Virus record (IMG/VR): IMGVR_UViG_3300045256_000050
Coordinates: 1-64,000 of that record
Strand: one strand, 5' to 3'
Length of the DNA: 64,000 nucleotides
In this document: positions 26,242 to 35,220 of the stretch, piece by piece
Layout of the letters: each line of letters begins with the position of its first letter
Position numbering within the stretch: position 1 is the stretch's first letter
Translations under genes and position numbers: made by a program
The notes under the pieces: model-generated
Databases searched by the model: none
What the model was told of the DNA's origin: nothing
Seen by the model: only the letters and a program-made list of their open reading frames with translations

Positions 26242-28188
26242 TTATTTCTTGTGTTTGCAGCCCGGCAGGTGGCCCTGCAAGAACAGGTTCGGGCACTTGC
26301 ACTCGTCCGTGGCGTCGGCGATCTGCTCGATGGCGGCGATGCCACGAGTGTCGATGGTCACTTCGCCGAGGACTTCCACGTCCTTCCCCTTGTAGCCCTC
26401 GCAGTAGTCGATGATGACCGTCGGCGACTTGCTGCGGTCCGCCCGGCCGACCATCTGTGCGATATCGGCCTGGGTCGGTTCGACGTGCTTGCCGTCGATG
26501 ATGTTCAACCCCTTCTCCAGCGGAATCTTCGTCTTCAGGGCTTCGGCCGGGACCACCTTCGTCGGGCTGTTCGCCGGGTAGTGTTCCGGCATGACGATGG
26601 GCTGCACGCCGGGCGGCAGGTTCGTCAGTTCGCCGAACTTGACATCGTGCCACTTCACGACCGGCTCGGCCAGGATGTCGTACATCGACCCGGCGGCTTC
26701 CGGCTTGTTCTTCAGGAACTCGTCGAAGACCGGGAAGCCGGTGTGCGACTTCCTCTCGATGACGCCATCATCCTTGCCCTTCCAGGTCATGAGTCGGGTG
26801 ATGTCGCCCATGACGACTCGGGCGTGGCCCGGCCCGTCGGTGAACTCCACGAGGATGTCGCCGCCCAGGAATTCCTTTGTGATCTTACCCTTCCGGTCCT
26901 TGTACTCCATGCCGTCGGCGAAGTACGTTACTTCGTCGTTCAGCTTCGGCATGTTCGGCCGGTTGGTGATCGCCAGCTTGAAGGCGTCAAACCCGCACGG
27001 TTCTTCGTGAGCGGCTTGGTTGTCGAGCATCACGAACACCCAATCGTCCTTCTTCTTGCCGACGCTGACGACGGTGCCCTCCTGCCCCTTGCTCGACCCG
27101 TGCCGCAGGATCACCCGGTCGTATCGCTGGAACTCCGTCGCTACAGGGAGTTTCGTAACTTGACATTCGTGACAAGTTACGGACTTCATCATGTAGTTGC
27201 AGAGGTTGATGGCGAACCGCTTCGGGCCGAAGGCGGGCCACGTCTTGCCGTCGTCGATGGCGGCGATCTGGCCGTGTTCGCCCTTGTGTTCGCCGTTGAG
27301 GATTTCGACGTAATCCCCGACGGCGTAGAGGTTACGTTCCCTGATCTCCCCGCCTCGCAGCTTCTCCATGTACTCCAGGCTGGCGGGAAGCGGCTCCTGC
27401 ATCAGCTTGACGGTTCGCATGTACTCCTTCTTCATCACCGGATGGATGCCTTCACTGACGCCGTGCATGACCCGGAACTGCTGGCTTTCCGGGGACGGCT
27501 TGACGCAGGTGACGGTCTTGGCTTCCGGGATGTCCAGAAGGTCGGCCATGTCGGCACACGCCTTCTGCATCGCCTCCTTGCGTGCCTCCGTGGCCTTCTT
27601 CATATAGATGCTGTCGCCTTCGTGGAAGACGAAGTATTCCTGCGGTTCCAGGGGGTTCGGCTTGGTGAAGAGATTGCAGATGGTCAGCCACGCCTCTTCG
27701 ATGCGGAACGGCCATGCGTCCTTGCCGCTGTGAATGGAGAGGGCGGTGAACTGCCGCTTGTACGCCTCGATCTTCTTCTCTTGCTTCTTGCAGATCGCCT
27801 TGCGGATGGCGTCACATTGTTCTTCGAGGAAGCCGACTTCGACGAGCATCTGGTTGGCTTCGGCGACTTCCTTCGTCCGCTCCATCACCTTGTCCATGAC
27901 GCCGAGGCGGTGCCGCAGGGTTTCCCGGCCTGCGATGGGCGGGAGGAAGCGGATGGTCTGCCCCTTCAGGTTGTTGATGTCGAACATCTTCTTGTCAACG
28001 ACCTTGCCGTCTTCACCAATGACAGTGGGTTCGGCGACGGCATCGGCAGCCTCGACGGCTTCGCCGTAGGCCCGCTTGATGTCGGACATGGGGATGCTGG
28101 TTGTTTTCTTGGGGTCGTCGTTCATGTATGTCTCCCGGTGAGCGTTGAGCCAGAGGGCACGAGCCGCAGCGTATGAGTAGTGAGTCAT
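26242..28188 (-). CDS. Large multidomain protein with tandem KOW/SH3-like motifs
   Basis: 'VGDYVEILNGEHKGEHGQI', 'DRVILRHGSSKGQEGTVV' and a third similar unit; start moved to 28188 (ATGA overlap). Confidence 0.8.
   Translation of the reverse strand: MTHYSYAAARALWLNAHRETYMNDDPKKTTSIPMSDIKRAYGEAVEAADAVAEPTVIGEDGKVVDKKMFDINNLKGQTIRFLPPIAGRETLRHRLGVMDKVMERTKEVAEANQMLVEVGFLEEQCDAIRKAICKKQEKKIEAYKRQFTALSIHSGKDAWPFRIEEAWLTICNLFTKPNPLEPQEYFVFHEGDSIYMKKATEARKEAMQKACADMADLLDIPEAKTVTCVKPSPESQQFRVMHGVSEGIHPVMKKEYMRTVKLMQEPLPASLEYMEKLRGGEIRERNLYAVGDYVEILNGEHKGEHGQIAAIDDGKTWPAFGPKRFAINLCNYMMKSVTCHECQVTKLPVATEFQRYDRVILRHGSSKGQEGTVVSVGKKKDDWVFVMLDNQAAHEEPCGFDAFKLAITNRPNMPKLNDEVTYFADGMEYKDRKGKITKEFLGGDILVEFTDGPGHARVVMGDITRLMTWKGKDDGVIERKSHTGFPVFDEFLKNKPEAAGSMYDILAEPVVKWHDVKFGELTNLPPGVQPIVMPEHYPANSPTKVVPAEALKTKIPLEKGLNIIDGKHVEPTQADIAQMVGRADRSKSPTVIIDYCEGYKGKDVEVLGEVTIDTRGIAAIEQIADATDECKCPNLFLQGHLPGCKHKK
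27150..27166. repeat. Dispersed motif GTTTCGTAACTTGACA, copy 1
   Basis: Exact copies at 51823-51838 and, reverse-complemented, at 30845-30860. Confidence 0.85.
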
Positions 28189-28421
28189 GTGCGGTACTTG
28201 GCGTACTTCTTCTGGATGTAGGGGTCGTGCGGGAACTCTTCGAGCATCCTCAGCCCGGCCCGCCTGTCCAAGCGGTGTAACAGGAAGCAGGCCGGGGTGA
28301 GGAGTGCGACGACGGCGAGGAAGTAGAGGATCGGGAGGAAGCTGAGCTTGACGATGGACAACATCAGCACGAAGCCGATGACGAGCCAGCCGTTCAGGTT
28401 CGGTCCTTCCACGATCTTCAT
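28185..28421 (-). CDS. Small membrane protein
   Basis: Two hydrophobic segments. Confidence 0.7.
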   Translation of the reverse strand: MKIVEGPNLNGWLVIGFVLMLSIVKLSFLPILYFLAVVALLTPACFLLHRLDRRAGLRMLEEFPHDPYIQKKYAKYRT

Positions 28422-28424
28422 GAC

Positions 28425-28871
28425 TCACTCGCTTTCGTAGTTCACGGCTTCAACCTCGAACGGGGCTTGGTGGTAGCCGTAGTGCAGAACTTGTTCCAGG
28501 TAGAGGGCCAGGAACGTCATCATGTCGCCCACCCTTTCGACCTGAAGGACGTGCCCGAGTTCGTGGCGAATGAGCCGGGGCGTTTCGTGTCCTTCAGTAA
28601 TCAGGATGCCGTACCCGAGGGTAAGTCCGGCAGCCATCTCGATGTCGAGCAGGTCTTTACTCAGTAGCTCCAGCCCTTCCGGCGGTGGGGGCATCTGTGC
28701 TACAGTTAGCACACGAACGAGATCGGGGCGTAGGATTCCGATTTTGGACGCAAACGCAGTCTCGTCCGGGGTGAGTTCTCTGCCGTGGGCGAGGACGTTG
28801 GCTCGGTTGGCCTCGGCCCAGGGTATGACGGCAGGCAGAATCTCACTCAGCGGCAGCGGGTTCGACGGCAT
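28425..28871 (-). CDS. HExxH metallopeptidase-like protein (DUF4157-like)
   Basis: 'GLTLGYGI...LIRHELGHVLQ...PFEVEA'. Confidence 0.8.
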   Translation of the reverse strand: MPSNPLPLSEILPAVIPWAEANRANVLAHGRELTPDETAFASKIGILRPDLVRVLTVAQMPPPPEGLELLSKDLLDIEMAAGLTLGYGILITEGHETPRLIRHELGHVLQVERVGDMMTFLALYLEQVLHYGYHQAPFEVEAVNYESE

Positions 28872-29181
28872 CGGTCTTCTCCTCCACAGTGGCGTCCGGG
28901 GGAGCGGTTGTGGGCGTGGGGGTGGCGGCGGGCTTGTCCTCTTTGCCCGAGGACAATTCTACCAACCAACCGATCTTGTTGCCGCTGAACTTGGCCGGAA
29001 TGTTGGTCGGCAGGGTGGCGAGCTTGGTGATCTCGCTCCACGGGATGACCGGGAGCTTCCGCTTGCCCTTGTGGAAGGCGACACCGGCCTCGGACACGGT
29101 GACGCACACGTCACCCTTGCACCCGTTGATGTCTTCGACCGTCAGTTCCCGCACAACGGGCTTGGTGAGCTTGGTTGCCAT
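28843..29181 (-). CDS. Hypothetical protein
   Basis: GAGGAG RBS; first gene after the promoter. Confidence 0.8.
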   Translation of the reverse strand: MATKLTKPVVRELTVEDINGCKGDVCVTVSEAGVAFHKGKRKLPVIPWSEITKLATLPTNIPAKFSGNKIGWLVELSSGKEDKPAATPTPTTAPPDATVEEKTDAVEPAAAE

Positions 29182-29219
29182 TTCTCTCCTCGTGTGGTTA
29201 GTGCCGTCTAGGCAGGGTT

Positions 29220-29248
29220 AAGATACAGCCCACTCCCGCTGGTGTCAA
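29220..29248 (-). promoter_or_regulatory. Sigma70-type promoter
   Basis: Minus strand TTGACA-N17-TATCTT upstream of the leftward operon. Confidence 0.65.
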
Positions 29249-29343
29249 ATCAAACCGCCCGGTTCAGGGCTGACCTGAATGGGTTTTCGTCACAAACAAC
29301 ACCCGCTGAGGCTAGATATTAGGAGTTCGTATTGGAGAAACAA

Positions 29344-29766
29344 ATGCGGGATTTCAATGAGTTCCTTATCGAGAACGACCAGCGGGTGTTCAACGAGATT
29401 TTCGGCAAGATCGCCGGTGCCCTGGGGATGGGCGGGCCGGAGTGGGTCGGCTACCTGAAGAAGCTGTCGGCCACCCCGGAGGGTCCGGTCGCCCAGCAGA
29501 TGCTCAAGATGTTCACTAAAGGCGTGGACCCGAAGGATTACATGTGGGTCAAGCAGAATCAGAACGACGTGTTCCGCTTCCTCCAGAAGCACCGGAACAA
29601 CCTGGAAGGGATGGGTGTGAACGTAGACGGGTTGATTAAGAAGCTGGGAATCTACGACCCGACCGACTTGGCGATCAAGCAGTCCGGCAATGCTGGCTGG
29701 CTCGGCAACCGGAACGTTTCGGCTCACGACAACCACGCCACGGCGAACGTCAAGAGCCTTCGCTAA
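29344..29766 (+). CDS. Hypothetical protein with a capsid-targeting-like N-terminus
   Basis: GGAG RBS; MRDFNEFLIE start. Confidence 0.75.
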   Translation: MRDFNEFLIENDQRVFNEIFGKIAGALGMGGPEWVGYLKKLSATPEGPVAQQMLKMFTKGVDPKDYMWVKQNQNDVFRFLQKHRNNLEGMGVNVDGLIKKLGIYDPTDLAIKQSGNAGWLGNRNVSAHDNHATANVKSLR

Positions 29767-30101
29767 AACCCGTCTCTCTTCCAATTCACCTTTGGCCTAC
29801 AAGTCCTCTCCCAGAAGTACCAACACGTCCGGGCGAGGGCTTGTATGTTTTCCGGCAGTTCTTCGAGCAGGAAGCGGATGTGGTTGATGAGGGTGCAGGG
29901 CCACTCCTGGCAAATCTCCTCGTTCCGCAGGTAGCAGATCAGGACGCCGGGGGTGACGGGTTCGTATTCACCAAAGTCATTCGCCCAGATCGGGCTGTCG
30001 TGCTGGATGGGGTCTTCGACGCCGCCCCAGATCGACCGAACGAGTAGTTGTTCGGGGGTGGTCAGGTCGCAGGAAAAGTCGGGGTGGATCGCTGTGCGCA
30101 T
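29763..30101 (-). CDS. Hypothetical protein
   Basis: Convergent ORF with plausible composition. Confidence 0.65.
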   Translation of the reverse strand: MRTAIHPDFSCDLTTPEQLLVRSIWGGVEDPIQHDSPIWANDFGEYEPVTPGVLICYLRNEEICQEWPCTLINHIRFLLEELPENIQALARTCWYFWERTCRPKVNWKRDGF

Positions 30102-30528
30102 ACCAGGGGCCGTAAGGTGAAAGACAACAGATCATAGTAAAGACTAAATCTCTATCTGTTATAATAGAGAGCGCCCGGTAGGGCGCAGCCTCGACTATGA
30201 CCCATGCACTCAGTAAAGTGCGCATGGCGTCGTACTTCCACAGTCAAGTGGTTTTAAGTAGCTGTTGTGTTTGGGTTTCCAAACCTTCTCCGCTGCACGC
30301 TACCCCGATTGACTAGGCGTGCATTTACGGCATTAAGGGGTGCGGAGTCGGAATACCTCCACCCGGCGATTGGGTCTGAGTCGTCTGGTTACAACTACCC
30401 TGGTCCCCGAAGGGTCGCTAAGGTTTTTCTTCGCCCACCCCCTGGCGGCTACTCGGCCGGGGCTTCGGGCGCACAGTTCCCAGACATCTTAAACAACAAA
30501 TCGGCCCCGTCAACACTACTTTCAAAAT

Positions 30529-31008
30529 ATGCTGACCCAACTCACCGAAAACCACGTTGACGCCGTTCTGGGCATCTGCCAGCAGTGCTACCCCAACCCC
30601 GAGTATTGGGAGACTCGCACCAACGTCATGACTAAGCTGCACAACTACTCGCCGGGCTGCATCGGGTGGGAGGAGGACGGCAAGCTCGTCGCTTACTACC
30701 TGTTCTGGCCGTGGAACAAGGTCCGCTCCTACCCGCTCGACCGGGAGGACTGCTGGCTCAACAACCAGCAGCCGACGGTCATGTACAGCCACGACATCTG
30801 CATACTTCCATCATACCGTGGAAAAGGAATTGCGCAAGAGCTTTTGTCAAGTTACGAAACCCAGGCGAGGGAACTCGGCCTGCGGGTCGGCGTAGGTACT
30901 GCCGTGCGTGGGACTTGGGTGTTGTGGAAGAGATGGGGCTGGGAGCCGGTCGAGCGGGTGAACTACGGCCCGGAAGAGGCGTGGCTAATTTTGAAGTTTC
31001 TCTCTTGA
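30529..31008 (+). CDS. GNAT-family acetyltransferase
   Basis: Motif A 'ICILPSYRGKGIAQELL' and C-terminal 'WKRWGW'. Confidence 0.85.
   Translation: MLTQLTENHVDAVLGICQQCYPNPEYWETRTNVMTKLHNYSPGCIGWEEDGKLVAYYLFWPWNKVRSYPLDREDCWLNNQQPTVMYSHDICILPSYRGKGIAQELLSSYETQARELGLRVGVGTAVRGTWVLWKRWGWEPVERVNYGPEEAWLILKFLS
30845..30860. repeat. Dispersed motif TGTCAAGTTACGAAAC, copy 2
   Basis: Reverse complement of the 27150 and 51823 copies. Confidence 0.85.
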
Positions 31009-31076
31009 CTTCTTGTTACGCTTCTGGTTTATTACACAACTCAAGTTGAAAGTAACGAAACACAAGGAAGTGTAAC

Positions 31077-31811
31077 ATGGCAAAGCTGAACCAGATCATC
31101 GCCGTCGTCAACGGCAAGAAGACCAAGACCCAGAAGCAGGTCACGGACGTTTACCACAACCTCCAGAAGCCGACCTTGTTCGAGGGCATCTCCCGGACCT
31201 ACCGCCCGTCCGACGAGGACGGCGAGACGTTCCCGCCGGAAAAGAAGCTCGTTCAGTACAAGGTGCAGGACGCCGTTCGGGAAGTCCGTGAGGCTCTTAC
31301 GGAACTCTGGGACGTGACCGCAACCCAGGATTGGGCGAACTGCAAGGCCGTCGCCGACGTGAAGGTGGACGGGAAGGTTCTGTTGCTCAAGGTGCCGGTG
31401 ACTCACCTGCTGTTCCTTGAGAAGCAGTTGACCGACCTGCACACGTTCGTGTCCAAGCTGCCGACGCTCGACTCGGCCGAAAAGTGGAACTTCTCCCAGG
31501 AGGCCGACGCCTTCCAGTCCGAGGAGTCCCGCACGAACAAGACCAAGAAGGTCATGCGGAACCACGTCAAGGCTGCGGCCACGGACAAGCACCCGGCCCA
31601 GGTCGATGTCTATACTGAGGACGTGAAGGTGGGCGAGTGGGCCACGATCAAGTTCTCGGGTGCGATCCAGGTCAAGAAGAAGAACGAGATGCTGGAGCGG
31701 GTCGCCAAGCTCCAAGAGGCGGTCAAGTTCGCCCGTGAAGAGGCGAACAACCTTGAGGTCGAAAACCAGTCCGTCGCCGCCCCGGTGCTGGACTTCGTGT
31801 TCGGCAAGTAA
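31077..31811 (+). CDS. Conserved helical hypothetical protein (MAKLNQIIAV family)
   Basis: Strong resemblance to a bacterial conserved family (...ISRTYRP...LLFLEKQL...HPAQV...VKFAREEAN). Confidence 0.9.
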   Translation: MAKLNQIIAVVNGKKTKTQKQVTDVYHNLQKPTLFEGISRTYRPSDEDGETFPPEKKLVQYKVQDAVREVREALTELWDVTATQDWANCKAVADVKVDGKVLLLKVPVTHLLFLEKQLTDLHTFVSKLPTLDSAEKWNFSQEADAFQSEESRTNKTKKVMRNHVKAAATDKHPAQVDVYTEDVKVGEWATIKFSGAIQVKKKNEMLERVAKLQEAVKFAREEANNLEVENQSVAAPVLDFVFGK

Positions 31812-31837
31812 GGCCAGAACAAAATTTGTGACCCAAA

Positions 31838-31874
31838 AACACCCCAGCCGTTGACCCTTGTCCGGCTGGGGTGT
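31838..31874 (+). terminator. Hairpin, possible terminator
   Basis: ACACCCCAGCCG...CGGCTGGGGTGT. Confidence 0.5.
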
Positions 31875-31936
31875 ATCGTTATGAGAACACTCGATGACTA
31901 TCTCGCCCCCGCCATAACGCACTTTGGGTTCCGAAG

Positions 31937-33070
31937 ATGTGGGATGTTTTCACGGATGTCTCTGGGTTCGTTCCTCGCCGAGTCTGCGGTGCCTGGACGA
32001 ACGAGTTGATCGCACTGCATAACGTCTCTGACATTCTGATCGGGGTTTCATATCTCCTCATCCCCCTGTTCATCTGGAAATTCGTCCGGGCGAAACCGGG
32101 GATGAAGTTCTCCCTGATCTTCTACGCCTTCTGTGACTTCATCGTGTCGTGCGGCCTGACACACTTCATGGATGTGGCCCTCTTCTACTGGCCCAACTAC
32201 AGGCTGGCCGGGATCATCAAGCTGGTCTGCGGGGTTGTTTCCTTCAGTACAGTCATCCTGCTGTTCAGAATGTACCCACTCGCCGTCAAGATGATCCAGA
32301 CGCCGAGGGAGATACGGGAGAGGACCGAGACGCTATCCCAGAAGAACGACGCCCTGGAGAAGCAGAACGGGCATCTTGTCTTCGAACAAAAAGCGAAGGA
32401 CGACTTCCTGGCGATCCTCGGCCACGAACTCCGCAACCCACTCGCCGCCGTTTTCAACGCAAAACAACTTCTGGAACGGGACTCGGCCAAGAGCCGGGAA
32501 CTCGGGATGAAGATACTGGAGAACCAGATCGACCACCTGAACCGGCTGGTGGACGACATCATCAACGTCGCTCGTGCCGTCCAGGGTCGGCTGGAGTTGA
32601 GGCAGGACAAAACGTGTGCCCGTCAGATCATCGAGCGGGCGATGGAACTCGCCGCAGCCACCATCAAGAAGCACAAGTGCGTGGTGAGTGTCGAACAACC
32701 GCCGGAAGACCTGTGCTTTGTTGCCGATGAGATGCGCATGGCTCAGGTTGTGAGCAACCTGCTTACCAATGCTGCGAAGTATGGGCACGAAGGCGGCAAA
32801 ATCGAAGTTACTGTTACCTGCGAGGGTGGTATACTCCACCTATCAGTTCGAGATTACGGCATCGGCATCGGGCCGGAGAAGCTGGACACCATCTTCGGAC
32901 TCTGTGTCCGAACGGAACGTGCTGCCAAGAAGGCGGACGGTATGGGCGTCGGACTGGCGATGGTCCGGGCGATTGTCGAGCTTCATGGCGGTCATGTCAG
33001 TGCTAAGAGCAACGGCGTCGAGCAAGGGGCTGAGTTCCTGGTCACGATACCAATCACGGAGGTAGCATGA
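31937..33070 (+). CDS. Sensor histidine kinase with an ethylene-receptor-like 3-TM input domain
   Basis: H-box HELRNPL, N-box NLLTNAAKY, G1 DYGIGI, G2 GMGVGL; N-terminal SDILIGVSYLLIP...FIVSCGLTH resembles the ETR1 ligand-binding domain. Confidence 0.9.
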   Translation: MWDVFTDVSGFVPRRVCGAWTNELIALHNVSDILIGVSYLLIPLFIWKFVRAKPGMKFSLIFYAFCDFIVSCGLTHFMDVALFYWPNYRLAGIIKLVCGVVSFSTVILLFRMYPLAVKMIQTPREIRERTETLSQKNDALEKQNGHLVFEQKAKDDFLAILGHELRNPLAAVFNAKQLLERDSAKSRELGMKILENQIDHLNRLVDDIINVARAVQGRLELRQDKTCARQIIERAMELAAATIKKHKCVVSVEQPPEDLCFVADEMRMAQVVSNLLTNAAKYGHEGGKIEVTVTCEGGILHLSVRDYGIGIGPEKLDTIFGLCVRTERAAKKADGMGVGLAMVRAIVELHGGHVSAKSNGVEQGAEFLVTIPITEVA

Positions 33071-33408
33071 ACATCGTCCTTGTAGAAGACCACGACGACA
33101 TCGCCGACTCCAGCATGATGCTTCTCGATATGCTCGGGCATCAAGTCACGAGGGTGAAGACGGGCCTGGAAGCTGTGGAGTTGGCGAAGTCGGTGGTGCC
33201 TGACTGCTTCATCGTGGACATTGGCCTTCCCGACATCCCCGGCACCGAGGTTTGTAAGCGAATCCGCTGCCAGCCCGCTCATTACAAAACGCTGATGGTG
33301 GCGGTGAGCGGCTACGACATCAGCAACGAGGCGAAGGAGATCGGCTTCGATCAGGCGTTCAAGAAACCCGTCGATTACACCCGTCTCTTCCCGGCCGTCA
33401 CGAACTAA
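33067..33408 (+). CDS. Single-domain response regulator (CheY-like)
   Basis: VEDHDD, DIGLPD, SGY and KPV receiver motifs; ATGA overlap with the kinase. Confidence 0.92.
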   Translation: MNIVLVEDHDDIADSSMMLLDMLGHQVTRVKTGLEAVELAKSVVPDCFIVDIGLPDIPGTEVCKRIRCQPAHYKTLMVAVSGYDISNEAKEIGFDQAFKKPVDYTRLFPAVTN

Positions 33409-33412
33409 ACGA

Positions 33413-33447
33413 AAGAACCCCCGGTGATGCCGGGGGTTCTTCCTTTT
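33413..33447. terminator. Bidirectional terminator
   Basis: AAGAACCCCCGG-tgatg-CCGGGGGTTCTT between convergent genes. Confidence 0.75.
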
Positions 33448-33458
33448 GGGAACTCCGC

Positions 33459-34406
33459 TTACCGCCTGCTGCCCTGGTAGCGACGGCGGCGGGGTTGCTG
33501 CTCCTGCTCGTCGTCACCGCCTCGGCTGCGGTTGCTGGAGCGACGGCCGTTGTTGTCGTTCTCCTCGTCGTCCTCGTTGCGGCGGGAGCGGCGGTTGTCC
33601 TGCTCGTCGTCCTGCTGGCGGCGACGGCCCTGCTGCTGGCCGTTCTCGCTGCGGCCGTACCGCTGCTGCCACGTCTCCCGCCCGCCCCGGACGAAGTTCC
33701 CGTCGTCGTCCTTGCGGCGGCGGCTGTGGGCACCCGTCTCCGGGTCGGCCTCTTGTTCCTCTTGCTGCTGCTGCCGCCGCTGCTCGTACCGCTGTTCGTC
33801 GTCCGAGATCGTCTCGTCGATCTCGTTGCCGAACTTGCGAACCCTCCCCCGCCCGTCGTAGCCGTGCCGCATGTGGCGGGCGTCGGACAGGGCTTCCGTC
33901 TCGTTCTCCTTCAGGCGGCGGTCGTTCTCCTCGTCCCGGACCCGGCCCCGGCCGTCGTAGCCGTTGCGCATCTCACGGGCGTCCTTGATGGCCTGCGTCT
34001 CGTGGCCCTTGAGCCGGTGGTCCCACTGGTCATCTTCTTCCCGATCCTGGGAACGGGACTGCCCACGGTTGGAGGACGCCGCCCGACGCTGCTGTTGCCC
34101 TTCGTCCTGCTGGCGGCTGCGGGACTGGTTGCCGCCCTGGTTGCGGCTGGTGCCCCGCCGCTGGTGGTCCCGCTCCATCTCCTCCATCATCTCGTAGGTG
34201 TCCTCGAAGCACTCCTGCACTTCGGTGACGCCCTCGAAGTCCACGTCCGGGAAGTTGTCGAGGATGTCGAGGATTTCGTCCGGGGCACGGTTGTCCTGGG
34301 CGATCTCGAACAGGTCTTCCGTGCCACAGGGGTACTTGGCACCCCGGAGGTAGCGTTGGAGTTCGATGGGGGAGATGCCCGACTTGCCCTTGCTGCGAGT
34401 TGCCAT
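33459..34406 (-). CDS. DUF2795-domain protein with a hydrophilic repetitive tail
   Basis: 'SPIELQRYLRGAKYP...A.DN.A' DUF2795 pattern; duplicated 33-aa unit ending GYDGRGRVR. Confidence 0.8.
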   Translation of the reverse strand: MATRSKGKSGISPIELQRYLRGAKYPCGTEDLFEIAQDNRAPDEILDILDNFPDVDFEGVTEVQECFEDTYEMMEEMERDHQRRGTSRNQGGNQSRSRQQDEGQQQRRAASSNRGQSRSQDREEDDQWDHRLKGHETQAIKDAREMRNGYDGRGRVRDEENDRRLKENETEALSDARHMRHGYDGRGRVRKFGNEIDETISDDEQRYEQRRQQQQEEQEADPETGAHSRRRKDDDGNFVRGGRETWQQRYGRSENGQQQGRRRQQDDEQDNRRSRRNEDDEENDNNGRRSSNRSRGGDDEQEQQPRRRRYQGSRR

Positions 34407-34623
34407 GCCTTGCTCCTAGAGAGGTTTGCTGGGCGGGCGACGAGGAAAAGGTGTTGCAGCTACCGTGCCAGTACACCATTTGTTCCCGAGAAGTAAAATC
34501 CGCCTCTCCGTCAAAATGAGCAGCGAACTTCCCACTTTGGGGACGGGAATTTCTATTCCAAAACAAACCCCGTTTTGTTAATCTACACGTCGGTCCTCTT
34601 ACACCACAAAGGCAGGGACGCCA

Positions 34624-35121
34624 ATGAACCCGACGGACGTTGACTACTTGAAGATGGCCTACGAAGCGGCACGCCGCAGCCCCGACCCCTCCACCCAGAA
34701 CGGGGCCGTGATCCCCTACGAGGCGTGCGGCCAGATCAATGCCCTCAGTGCATGCAACGAGTTCCCGGAGAACGTGGAGTTGACTGAGGAAAGGCTGGTC
34801 CGCCCCCTGAAGTACAACTTCATCGAACACGCCGAGCGGAACGTGATCTACCTCGGAGCCAAGTACGGCATCGCCCTGGCCGGGAAGACGATGTACGTCC
34901 CGTGGTTCGCCTGCTCGGACTGTGCCCGTGGGATCATCTGTTCGGGAATCAAGCGGGTGTGCGGCCACAAGCGGATGCTCGACGCCACCCCGCCCCACTG
35001 GAAAGAGTCCATCGCCCACGCCATGACCATGCTGAAAGAGGCGGGCATCGAGATGGACTTGATCGAGGAGAAGCTGAACATCGAACCCATCAAGTTCAAC
35101 GGCGAACTGTGGGTGCCTTAA
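34624..35121 (+). CDS. dCMP deaminase
   Basis: SPDPSTQNGAV, HAERN and CSDC zinc motifs. Confidence 0.9.
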   Translation: MNPTDVDYLKMAYEAARRSPDPSTQNGAVIPYEACGQINALSACNEFPENVELTEERLVRPLKYNFIEHAERNVIYLGAKYGIALAGKTMYVPWFACSDCARGIICSGIKRVCGHKRMLDATPPHWKESIAHAMTMLKEAGIEMDLIEEKLNIEPIKFNGELWVP

Positions 35122-35220
35122 TAATCGGTTAATAACGCAGGAAAGAAATCTCGGCCGGGCCAGGGTAGCCCGGCCGTCTTTTTTCTACATACTGGTAGGC
35201 CACCAACCAGTGAGAGGAGT

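Noticed and set aside
29763-29792. C-terminal KVNWKRDGF as a shared targeting tail
   Set aside because: Only one instance in this window, so it cannot be supported as a repeated motif here.
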